DNA from: Candidatus Gottesmanbacteria bacterium
GTDB lineage: Bacteria; Patescibacteriota; Microgenomatia; 2-02-FULL-39-11
DNA length: 46,296 nt
Reading direction: 5' to 3'
Assembly (NCBI GenBank): GCA_016186795.1
Contig: JACPKY010000002.1
Location: 416,748-463,043, forward strand
This document shows, piece by piece, positions 25,022-33,193 of the stretch. The notes beneath the pieces are model-generated. The model had not been told where the DNA came from. It did no database searches and worked only from the letters and a program-made list of their open reading frames with translations. Position numbers and translations under genes: made by a program. The stretch's first letter is position 1; every line of letters begins with the position of its first letter.

Positions 25022-26040
25022 CTCTCGGTTAAGAGTGTATCTAAATGTTTTGCAATGTATGCTCTTTTTTTTGTCCGAAGGTACCAATCTATTGTTCGAT
25101 GAAGCCCATCAAAAAAATGAACGGTTGGTTGCCATCCCAAAAGAATCCTTGCCAGCGTATTATCGGCTACTCGGTTTAGGGGACCTGTCGGTTTGTGCGG
25201 ATGAAATGTAATGTTTGGAGAATAGTTTGTCACACGAAGAATTTCTTTTACGGCATCAATTACTCTTACTCTTTCCATCGTCCCAAGATTTATTCCTTGC
25301 CCATCGCTTATTCTTTCAGCAGCAAGTAGCGTCCCATCGACAATATCTCCAACATATGTCCAATTTCGTATTTGAGTTCCATCTCCCCATACCTCAAATG
25401 GATTTTGCCGGATAAAAGCTTTTGCGATCATTGCAATGACCGCGTGATTTTCAACTCCTTTTTCGCCATAAACAGTAAAATACCGACAACTCACGGATTT
25501 GAGTCCATAATCTTTGTAATATGCACGAAGTGTTAATTCCCCCATAAGTTTACCCCACCCATACATATTATCCGCATCATAAGGAGTTTTCACCATGTCC
25601 TCTTTTAAATATATTACTTTATGGGGATCTCCTTGGAGAAAATTTGGATATACACATCCGGATGATGCGAAAACAACTTTTTCTACTCCTTCTTGTAATG
25701 CGGCCCGAAAAATAGAGCCATCAAGGAGAAAATTTGAGGCTGTCGCTCCTTGATGAAGATCTACATACCCTCTCCCACCATGGTCGCAGGCAAAGTGGAA
25801 TAAAATATCAACGCCTTTGACAGATCTTTTTGCCTGCCGAAAGTCGCGTAAATCTCTGGTATAAAATTCTATCCGTTTCTTATCGCTATGCTCTTTAAAA
25901 TTATGAATGTGACGACGGGAGAGATTGACTACCCGAACATCCGAACCTAATTTCACCAATCTATCAATGAGATGCGCACCAATGAAGGCTGCACCGGTAA
26001 CTAAAACTTTTCGTTTTTTCCAATACGAGGAGCGAACCAT
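25018..26040 (-). CDS. Extended SDR resembling GDP-mannose 3,5-epimerase (GME-like NDP-sugar epimerase)
   Basis: FHFACDHGGRGY, FASSGCVYP, YGWGKLMGE and RYFTVYGEKG parallel, from memory, the plant/bacterial GME motifs ADMGGMGF, ASSACIYP, YGLEKL and RFHNIYGP. The Rossmann motif is atypical (VLVTGAAFIGAHL). Confidence 0.5.
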   Translation of the reverse strand: MVRSSYWKKRKVLVTGAAFIGAHLIDRLVKLGSDVRVVNLSRRHIHNFKEHSDKKRIEFYTRDLRDFRQAKRSVKGVDILFHFACDHGGRGYVDLHQGATASNFLLDGSIFRAALQEGVEKVVFASSGCVYPNFLQGDPHKVIYLKEDMVKTPYDADNMYGWGKLMGELTLRAYYKDYGLKSVSCRYFTVYGEKGVENHAVIAMIAKAFIRQNPFEVWGDGTQIRNWTYVGDIVDGTLLAAERISDGQGINLGTMERVRVIDAVKEILRVTNYSPNITFHPHKPTGPLNRVADNTLARILLGWQPTVHFFDGLHRTIDWYLRTKKRAYIAKHLDTLLTER

Positions 26041-26051
26041 AATAGGGAAAT

Positions 26052-26079
26052 AGTATATAGGTTTTTATAAAATTTTCAA
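26052..26079 (-). promoter_or_regulatory. Possible internal sigma70-like promoter, TTGAAA-16 nt-TATACT, ending 11 nt before ATG 26040
   Basis: The minus strand reads TTGAAA (26079-26074), a 16-nt spacer, then TATACT (26057-26052). It lies in the 35-nt gap before the GME-like gene. In AT-rich sequence this could be a chance match. Confidence 0.3.
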
Positions 26080-27596
26080 AGAAGGTAAACTTTTAATCCC
26101 TGCTCTTGGAAAATTTTGGGGAGTGTATCAATGAAACTATAATCATTATTTCGTTTTACCGCTTGAAGGTAACGAGAATAACTTTCGTAATCATAGAGAA
26201 TGATGAAAGAATATCCATGTAATTTCAAGTTTTGTACTTTTTCTTTTGATATATCCTCAATGGATACTGAATAGAGTTTTCTTTTTAGATAATATGAATA
26301 AACAGAATTCCAATCATATCCAGGAGTCACAAATACTCCAAAACTATTTGGAGGCAATTTTTCCTCTATACGTTGAATTCGCTGCAACCATTCCCAATCG
26401 ATAGAGAAACTAGGAAGAGCGTTTTGCCAGGATTTCATTACGTAAAAAATCAAAAAGAAGGTAAGAACGAGAGGTGATAGTAAGGAAGATAGTTTGATTC
26501 TTGGAAAAAGACTACCAAGAGCACCCTTTACAAACTTCACGATCTGGTAACAACCGATCCCAATAAATACGGAAAATGCAGGAATCATCACTAGTTGGTA
26601 ATAATTTTGTGCCTGAATGCGAAAAAGTGTAATAAAGTATAAGATTTGTGACACGAGGAATATGTAGAAAAAAGAAGTCTTATCCAGTGATTTACAAACG
26701 ACAAGACCGATAAAGAAAAGAATAAGACCAGGTTTAAGAAAAATACCATTGAGAACCTGATTTATTCTTACCTGCCACATTTCTTTGGAAAATCTGTCAG
26801 CGAACTCCCCAAAATTCCACTCAAGATGTGCGGCGTCCACTGTAGTAAAAAAGAACTGCCCATGAGAAGTGTTTGTAATATTCATATACTGCTGCCAGAG
26901 AAGAAGTGTACTGACGGGAATAATAATTAAAGCTAAGAACGAAGGATGAAGGATGCTTTTAAAAGTTCGCTTTTGAATAGAAAAGAATATAAGGGGTAGA
27001 AACCAAAATGGTCCATACAGCCCTTTTTGAATAAATCCAAGACTAAAAAGAATTACGGATAATACAAGAAACTTAAGCTTACATGTCATAATCCACCGAA
27101 GTCCAAAGTAAAGACCAGAAAGAAGAAAAGCAATAATGGTAGGATCGATCATAAATGAACGGTGGTAAAATATATTGAGAGGAGCAAAAAGAAAAAAGAA
27201 TGCTGAAAAAAAGGCGATTGTTCTTTTTTGGAGTATAAGGTAGGTAATTTGATAGATAAAATATGCTCCGATATATCCTGCAATGATTGAGACAACCCTT
27301 CCCCATAGTTCATGGAAAAAAAATAACCTATAGAGGATAGCTACAACCGCTTCATAAATCGGGAACTCAAGAACGAGAAACCGTTCCTTCCCAATACCAA
27401 AGATATCAAGCTCTGTCTGGAAAAAATTTATCCCGCTTTTATAGAAGTTGAGAGCAAACGTTGCTGTTTGCGATTGACGAAAATAGAAAGAATCCAAAAG
27501 AGGAAACGTCACATGATACAACCTGAAAGGAAGACTCATAACCACAAGGGCGATGAGTAAAATATGTCCCGAAAAGAACTTTTTAAAGCGGCTCAT
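26076..27596 (-). CDS. Polytopic membrane protein, putative GT-C glycosyltransferase (PMT_2/ArnT-like); tandem paralogue 1
   Basis: 506 aa with more than 10 hydrophobic segments. The first extracytoplasmic loop reads FRQSQTATFALNFYKSGINFFQTELDIFG...LEFPIYEA, which resembles the RQxDTA...EFPLY loop of GT39/PMT_2-type proteins. The C-terminal ~110 aa are soluble. Confidence 0.55.
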   Translation of the reverse strand: MSRFKKFFSGHILLIALVVMSLPFRLYHVTFPLLDSFYFRQSQTATFALNFYKSGINFFQTELDIFGIGKERFLVLEFPIYEAVVAILYRLFFFHELWGRVVSIIAGYIGAYFIYQITYLILQKRTIAFFSAFFFLFAPLNIFYHRSFMIDPTIIAFLLSGLYFGLRWIMTCKLKFLVLSVILFSLGFIQKGLYGPFWFLPLIFFSIQKRTFKSILHPSFLALIIIPVSTLLLWQQYMNITNTSHGQFFFTTVDAAHLEWNFGEFADRFSKEMWQVRINQVLNGIFLKPGLILFFIGLVVCKSLDKTSFFYIFLVSQILYFITLFRIQAQNYYQLVMIPAFSVFIGIGCYQIVKFVKGALGSLFPRIKLSSLLSPLVLTFFLIFYVMKSWQNALPSFSIDWEWLQRIQRIEEKLPPNSFGVFVTPGYDWNSVYSYYLKRKLYSVSIEDISKEKVQNLKLHGYSFIILYDYESYSRYLQAVKRNNDYSFIDTLPKIFQEQGLKVYLL

Positions 27597-27605
27597 GAAA
27601 GGTAG

Positions 27606-29108
27606 CTATAATAAGTACACCTTAAAATCAGGTAGGGAGAGAACTTCCCCATAATTTTTAATAAATTCTTGTGAACTTTCTATGTGAACCTTTGAAAGAT
27701 ATTCTTCGAAACTTCCATAATTGTAAAAAACCACATACGAATATCCCCCTTTTTGCCATTTCGATAGATTATCTGCGGTAAAATCTTCAACCGATATCAA
27801 GAGCACTTTGATTTTTGGGAAGTATGTGTAAGCAGAGTTCCAATCATAGCCAGGACTGACAAAAATTCCAGCGCTATCTTTTGGTATTACACGGTTTATA
27901 GAAGTAATTCTTTGATACCAATTTATATCGGCTGATGCATCCCACTGAGATGAAAGAAATGATCGCCATAAAAACACCGCCAACACACTTGCGAGAATTA
28001 AATTTCGGAAGATACGTACGTTGGTTTTTTTAAATTTCCTCAAAAGATACGTTACACTCCCAACTATTCCCAATGCCATAAAGATTGAGGTAATTGGAGT
28101 GATAATCATTTGGTAGTAGACGTGAGATTGGATTCGAAAGAATATTAGAAAATAAAGTATCTCCCCAAAAAGATATACAAAGAGAAAATCTTTATTTTTA
28201 ATATTTCTTACAAACAAAAACCCGAGGAAAAAAAATACAACGCCAGGTTTGAGAAACATTCCATTCAATATGTTATTGAAACGGAAATTCCAGAAAGACA
28301 GATTGAGTCGATCTTCCCATGTGCCAACATTCCATAAAAAATGATCGTTATTATATGTAGTGAAATATGAGTGACCAGATTGTATATTTATTCCATTGAT
28401 ATGCGCAGTCCAAATGTATAGAACAATAAGAGGTACTATTACTAGGATCAAAAACTGAATAGAAAGCATTCGTTTTAGAGAGCTGTGTCTCATTGAATAG
28501 TATAGTATTGGAATAAGCAGAAACGGTCCATACATCGGTTTTTGGATGTAGCCAAGAGATAAGAAAAGGAGGGTTAAAATGAATTGTATCTTCCTTTTTG
28601 AGTGTATCCATTGCAAGAAGTAATAAAATCCGGTAAGTATACACATAACAACAAAACTTTCTATCAAAAAATCCTGTTGGTGATACATGTTAAGAGGGAC
28701 AGATAAAAAGAAAAACGAAGAAATAAATGCCAAAGTATGATTTTTGGAAATAAATAGCACTATTTTGTAGAGAAACATAGCTGAGACAAATCCGGAAACA
28801 ACAGAAACTACTCTCCCCCACATATCATGGACAAAAAATATTTTGTACAGCACTGCTACAACTGCCTGATAAAGAGGAAACTCGAGCGTGAGATACTTTT
28901 CTTTGCCAATTCCGAAAATATCTAATTCTGTTTGAAAAAGATTAATACCATTTTTATAAAAATTGAGTGCAATCGTTGCTGTTTGCGCCTGGCGAAAGTT
29001 AGTAATATTATGAAGAGGAGTTGTAATGTTAAAGAGGCGCATTGGTAAAAAAATTATGATCAAGGAAACAAGAGGTAGAAACACTTGACTTCGTATTGTT
29101 TTTTTCAT
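27606..29108 (-). CDS. Polytopic membrane protein, putative GT-C glycosyltransferase (PMT_2/ArnT-like); tandem paralogue 2
   Basis: Colinear with 26076-27596. In the block FRQAQTATIALNFYKNGINLFQTELDIFGIGKEKYLTLEFPLYQAVVAVLYKIFFVHDMWGRVVSVVSGFVSAMFLYKI, 55 of 79 residues are identical to the neighbour (counted by eye). Confidence 0.55.
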   Translation of the reverse strand: MKKTIRSQVFLPLVSLIIIFLPMRLFNITTPLHNITNFRQAQTATIALNFYKNGINLFQTELDIFGIGKEKYLTLEFPLYQAVVAVLYKIFFVHDMWGRVVSVVSGFVSAMFLYKIVLFISKNHTLAFISSFFFLSVPLNMYHQQDFLIESFVVMCILTGFYYFLQWIHSKRKIQFILTLLFLSLGYIQKPMYGPFLLIPILYYSMRHSSLKRMLSIQFLILVIVPLIVLYIWTAHINGINIQSGHSYFTTYNNDHFLWNVGTWEDRLNLSFWNFRFNNILNGMFLKPGVVFFFLGFLFVRNIKNKDFLFVYLFGEILYFLIFFRIQSHVYYQMIITPITSIFMALGIVGSVTYLLRKFKKTNVRIFRNLILASVLAVFLWRSFLSSQWDASADINWYQRITSINRVIPKDSAGIFVSPGYDWNSAYTYFPKIKVLLISVEDFTADNLSKWQKGGYSYVVFYNYGSFEEYLSKVHIESSQEFIKNYGEVLSLPDFKVYLL

Positions 29109-29121
29109 GTGGCCGAAACCA

Positions 29122-30129
29122 TTACGATAGGTAATGTTGGAGACAAGAAAGAAAGTACTTTTTGGTTAGAACAAGACCTTCGGAAATCGTAAACGCTGGT
29201 TGCCATTTCAGTTCGTGCACAATCTTTCGATTATCTATAATCGCATTTCCTGATTCAATCGCCTTTCTCTCGGAAGACCAAGGAACATGGGCAATACTTC
29301 CACCAATATATTGAACGATATACTGAGCAATTTGTCCAACAGCATAGTATTCGCTAGAGCTCACAAAATAAACATTTCCACGACTTTTAGGACTTACAGA
29401 GGCTTTTATAAGGGCGCTTACTGCATCCTGAATGTAGATAACAGTTCGTATCTGACTACCTTTCCCAAATACCGTAATTTTTTTCCCGCAAAGTCCTAGT
29501 CCAATGAAATAGTTTATGAATCCAAAATCACTACTTTTGATATTTGACCGTGGCCCATAGACATTCGCAAGGCGAAGCACCGTTGCATCTAATTTATATG
29601 CATGTGCGTATAAAAGTACATATTTTTCAGAAGCGCATTTATTCGCTGAATAAATATCCAGCGGAAACTCCGGATGAAGTTCATCGATTTTCTTTGCATG
29701 CATTTTCCCGATTTGTGTACTCGTTCCAATTTGAACAAACTTCAATGAAGGGTTTCTCTTTCTTGCTGCATCAAGGAGAGTTATGACTCCCTTACAGTTT
29801 ACATCAACATCAATAAGAGGTTCCCTCATTGAATCGGGATGAGAAGTATATGCAGCACAATTGAAAAGTATATCCTGTCCATATACTGCTTGAGAAACAT
29901 CATCGAAATTTCTAATATCTTTTTTCAGAAATTGAATTTTCTTTTCAATTCCGACAATATTATAAAAATTTGCTCCTGAGTGTTTTTCCACACTATCGTA
30001 AATAGTAACGCGTGCACCAAGACCCACGCATGTTCGTGCCAAATTACTCCCAATAAATCCCAATCCACCAGTAATAAGAATTTTCTTTTTTCCAAGACTA
30101 GGAAGTGAGAAAGCTTTTTTTTCGCTCAT
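29122..30129 (-). CDS. NAD-dependent NDP-sugar epimerase/dehydratase-family protein (extended SDR)
   Basis: KILITGGLGFIGSNLA, IGTSTQIG and YSANKCASEKY (YxxxK). Confidence 0.8.
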   Translation of the reverse strand: MSEKKAFSLPSLGKKKILITGGLGFIGSNLARTCVGLGARVTIYDSVEKHSGANFYNIVGIEKKIQFLKKDIRNFDDVSQAVYGQDILFNCAAYTSHPDSMREPLIDVDVNCKGVITLLDAARKRNPSLKFVQIGTSTQIGKMHAKKIDELHPEFPLDIYSANKCASEKYVLLYAHAYKLDATVLRLANVYGPRSNIKSSDFGFINYFIGLGLCGKKITVFGKGSQIRTVIYIQDAVSALIKASVSPKSRGNVYFVSSSEYYAVGQIAQYIVQYIGGSIAHVPWSSERKAIESGNAIIDNRKIVHELKWQPAFTISEGLVLTKKYFLSCLQHYLS

Positions 30130-30150
30130 AAATACGTTTATTAACTAGCG

Positions 30151-30948
30151 CTATTTAGCAGGAAAAAGGCGGTACAGTCTGAGTGCTAGCATATCATGGA
30201 TCATATGAAGAAAAAGTATCAATCTTGAATGAATATGCTTTTCCAAGATCTTTGAAGACGTCTGAAATTGCGTTTCGGGAGAAGAGACGGCTTTTGAGAA
30301 AGGATGAACCCTATACGATGCAAGATATGTATCAAGAAATCCCAAGGGATATTTTTTCCAAATGCGAATCCAGTAGTCAAAATCCATATCATAGTGAAGA
30401 TTCTCATCAAACAGTCCAATTTTATCCACAATAGAACGCCTCCAAAAGGTAGCAGGTTGAGATATGTATTGTACGATGTAAAAAGCCCATCTATGGCGAA
30501 AGAATTTCAAAAAGCTATTCTTATAGACTGTTATCAATTTTCGGACCTCTTGACCAGTGCTATCAACAATATGACATTTTCCCGTCACCCACATGATATG
30601 TTTCTCTTTCATAAAAAATACGGCAATGTTATATAAAGCATCTTTTTCAAGATAATCATCGGAATTGAGATACCCGATAATTTTACCGGAGGTGTTACGA
30701 ATTCCTTGATTTATCGCATTAGACTGACCTGAATCTTTTTTGGACACATATCGGATTTTGCGTTTATACTTTTGGAGAATTTGAAGTGTTTCATCTTGTG
30801 ATCCTCCATCCAGAATAATATATTCAAGGTTTGGATATTTCTGGGACAAAACTGATTGAATAGTTTTCTCAATGAATGTACCTTGATTAAAAGACGGTGT
30901 AATGAGAGTAATTCGGGGAAATTTATTTCTTGGATTTTTTTGTGTCAT
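30151..30948 (-). CDS. Glycosyltransferase family 2
   Basis: PRITLITPSFNQGTFIEKTIQSVLSQKYPNLEYIILDGGSQDETLQIL and YLNSDD (DxD). The start is uncertain: the track uses TTG 31002, and ATGs exist at 30987 and 30948. All of these overlap the DUF2304 gene end (30923). Confidence 0.8.
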   Translation of the reverse strand: MTQKNPRNKFPRITLITPSFNQGTFIEKTIQSVLSQKYPNLEYIILDGGSQDETLQILQKYKRKIRYVSKKDSGQSNAINQGIRNTSGKIIGYLNSDDYLEKDALYNIAVFFMKEKHIMWVTGKCHIVDSTGQEVRKLITVYKNSFLKFFRHRWAFYIVQYISQPATFWRRSIVDKIGLFDENLHYDMDFDYWIRIWKKYPLGFLDTYLASYRVHPFSKAVSSPETQFQTSSKILEKHIHSRLILFLHMIHDMLALRLYRLFPAK

Positions 30949-31270
30949 TCTGAAGGGCAATTTGCTGAACAAGCTTCGTAATTTCATGCCGTATATCTTC
31001 AAGAAAGATGTATAAACGAAATACGAGGTAAAAAAGGAGCGCTATTGAAACATACACAACAACATCTGCACCTCTCCCTATACCAAGTGGTGAGGCTACA
31101 AAACTTGTTAGTTCTGGAAAAAGAACAATAATGATCGCGAGCGAAAAAATAGCACTCCAAAAGAAAAATCCGATGAGCGATAGCTCTCCGCTTCGTAAAC
31201 GCAAAAATGTGCGGCTCAGCGCAAAAAACAAAAATATCGAGAGAACAAATTGTGTCAGAGTAACAGACAT
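30923..31270 (-). CDS. Small membrane protein, DUF2304-like
   Basis: 115 aa with three hydrophobic segments, then an amphipathic charged tail (LEDIRHEITKLVQQIALQNDTKKSKK). The central PLGIGRGAD loop and the position 3 nt downstream of a short GT2 gene are, as I recall, typical for DUF2304. Confidence 0.6.
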   Translation of the reverse strand: MSVTLTQFVLSIFLFFALSRTFLRLRSGELSLIGFFFWSAIFSLAIIIVLFPELTSFVASPLGIGRGADVVVYVSIALLFYLVFRLYIFLEDIRHEITKLVQQIALQNDTKKSKK

Positions 31271-31273
31271 ATT

Positions 31274-31954
31274 TTATTTTAAAAGTCGCACGAAAAGTTG
31301 CAATAAAACATGGAAGCTATTTGTAAGTTTCTGTCCTTTCTGACGAGAATACTTTGTGTAAATTGCCTGAATGGGAATTTCAATAAAGCGAAGATGATTC
31401 TTGTGAATTTCCTTGAAAAATTCACTCGAAACCTCCATCCCATCTGACTGTATATTTATACGCTCAATCGCCTTCTTTGTAAATCCACGAAATCCTGATT
31501 GTGAATCTGTGGTCCAAACACCAAAAAGGATATAGGTGATAAAATTAGCAAACCAATTTACTAGAAAGCGGGAAAAAGTGACAGGTGGAAGTTTTTTCCA
31601 ACGCGTTGTAATAACAACATCTACGTTGCCTCCGTACAAAAACTTTACAATTGTTGGTATATCTTTTGGATTATGTTGGCCATCAGCATCAAGTGTCACC
31701 AAAAGTTCATATTTTTTGTTCTTCGCATAGGTAAGAATGGTCTTTAACGCTCCTCCAAGTCCTCGATTAATAAGATGTCTCAATACGATTGCACCATACG
31801 TATGTGAAATTTGTGAAGTTTTATCTGTTGAGCCGTCATCGACAACAAGGATGTCGATTTTACCAGTTCCACGAATTTTTTTGGGGATAGTTTTAAGAAC
31901 ATCCCCTATCGTGTTGGCCTCATTAAAGGCTGGAATACCAATAAGAAGTCGCAT
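31274..31954 (-). CDS. Short soluble GT2, polyprenyl-phosphate sugar synthase-like (DPM1/GtrB catalytic-domain type, no TM anchor)
   Basis: LIGIPAFNEANTIGDVLKTIP...IDILVVDDGSTDKT...RGLGGALKT...LDADGQH are DPM1/GtrB-type motifs. The protein is 226 aa with no C-terminal hydrophobic segment. Confidence 0.65.
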   Translation of the reverse strand: MRLLIGIPAFNEANTIGDVLKTIPKKIRGTGKIDILVVDDGSTDKTSQISHTYGAIVLRHLINRGLGGALKTILTYAKNKKYELLVTLDADGQHNPKDIPTIVKFLYGGNVDVVITTRWKKLPPVTFSRFLVNWFANFITYILFGVWTTDSQSGFRGFTKKAIERINIQSDGMEVSSEFFKEIHKNHLRFIEIPIQAIYTKYSRQKGQKLTNSFHVLLQLFVRLLK

Positions 31955-31960
31955 AGAGAA

Positions 31961-33193
31961 TTAAGATAGCCAATGACCGCGTGTAAATATAATCGTAAAT
32001 ACGGTCAGAAGTATACTACTTAGATACAAAAGAAGCCATTTTAGTTGTTTACTTGGTATGAGCGCAAGTACGATGTATATTGGGAAAAGAACTAAGACAT
32101 ATCGAGGCATACTAGAAAGTGTTCCAGTAAACGTTGGCATAATAAATGCAATAGTCGAAAAAACCACATAAGAGACTCTTACTTTCTTCAAAACAGCAGT
32201 CACCAAAAAAAGTATCGTTATTAAACTCATGACGACTTCGATAAGAGCTACCCAAAACATTTCTACATGGGGTGAAATTGTTGTGAGAATCCTAAAATAG
32301 CGATAAAAAACTTGCGGTAGAAGTATAAACGTACTTCCACTCCTTTCGGCACCAAAAACACCCTGCGCATGCCAGAAATAGAGGAGATCTCCATATTCTT
32401 TTTGGAGGTAAACCATGTAGAGAGCTAATCCTCCAAGAGATAGAAAAATTGAAAGGAAAATTAGTTCCGGTCGACCAAATTGAATTATGTGTTTCCGTAT
32501 ACGATTTGCGCCCGAAAATAAATTCTTCCCCACCGTCATAAACCATGACGATCTTTTATACTGAAAATACCATTCAATAAGGAGTGCCGGCAGAAGTGCA
32601 ACAGCAACAATTCTCGTTGCTGAGGAAATTGCAGCAAACAAAATTGCCAATGCCCACTTTTTTTTTCGAGCAAAATAGAAGGATGAAAGAATAAGAAAAA
32701 GAAATAAGCTCTCGTTATAAATACTGCCGAAATAGAAGGATGTGGGGAAAAGGATCATGAACCCGATTGCCCATAATACAGTATTTTTGCCATAATCCAA
32801 CAAAAGGAGTTTATGAAACATAATTACCGAAAGAGTGAAAAATACGAAAGAAATAATAAGAGCAACAACAATTGGAGGAAACGGTAGCAAAGTATAGAAA
32901 AATCGAATTAAAAGAGGATAAAAAGGAAAAAATGCCTGAGTGAACTGCGCAACATACCCATTTAATGCAATATTGAGATAATGGACGCCATCAAAGTTGC
33001 CAAATGTCCAGACAAATTCGGGAAGTCCTGATGGTTTTAGAAAAATATCTGAGTATGGAAATGATGGAGAGTACCGGAAAAATTTTGATCCAATCCAAGA
33101 TATAACAAATAAACTAAAACGCCAAAATATGCACATCGCAAGTAGAAGTGAAATTCTTTCATAGAATCGGGACGTTTCGGAGGATTTACCCAT
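31961..33193 (-). CDS. GT-C membrane glycosyltransferase, PIG-V/Mannosyl_trans2-like
   Basis: FGNFDGVHYLNIALNGYVAQFTQAFFPFYPLLIR matches the WD..WY..IA..GY....AFFPLYPLL signature loop of the PIG-V-like family. The protein is 410 aa and polytopic. Confidence 0.6.
   Translation of the reverse strand: MGKSSETSRFYERISLLLAMCIFWRFSLFVISWIGSKFFRYSPSFPYSDIFLKPSGLPEFVWTFGNFDGVHYLNIALNGYVAQFTQAFFPFYPLLIRFFYTLLPFPPIVVALIISFVFFTLSVIMFHKLLLLDYGKNTVLWAIGFMILFPTSFYFGSIYNESLFLFLILSSFYFARKKKWALAILFAAISSATRIVAVALLPALLIEWYFQYKRSSWFMTVGKNLFSGANRIRKHIIQFGRPELIFLSIFLSLGGLALYMVYLQKEYGDLLYFWHAQGVFGAERSGSTFILLPQVFYRYFRILTTISPHVEMFWVALIEVVMSLITILFLVTAVLKKVRVSYVVFSTIAFIMPTFTGTLSSMPRYVLVLFPIYIVLALIPSKQLKWLLLYLSSILLTVFTIIFTRGHWLS

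Noticed and set aside
31961-33193. The 410-aa polytopic protein as the missing initiating phosphoglycosyltransferase (WecA/MraY type) or as a Wzy polymerase or O-antigen ligase.
   Set aside because: The loop FDGVHYLNIALNGY...AFFPFYPLL matches the PIG-V-like GT-C signature. I see none of the cytoplasmic DD/DxxD motifs of the MraY/WecA family.
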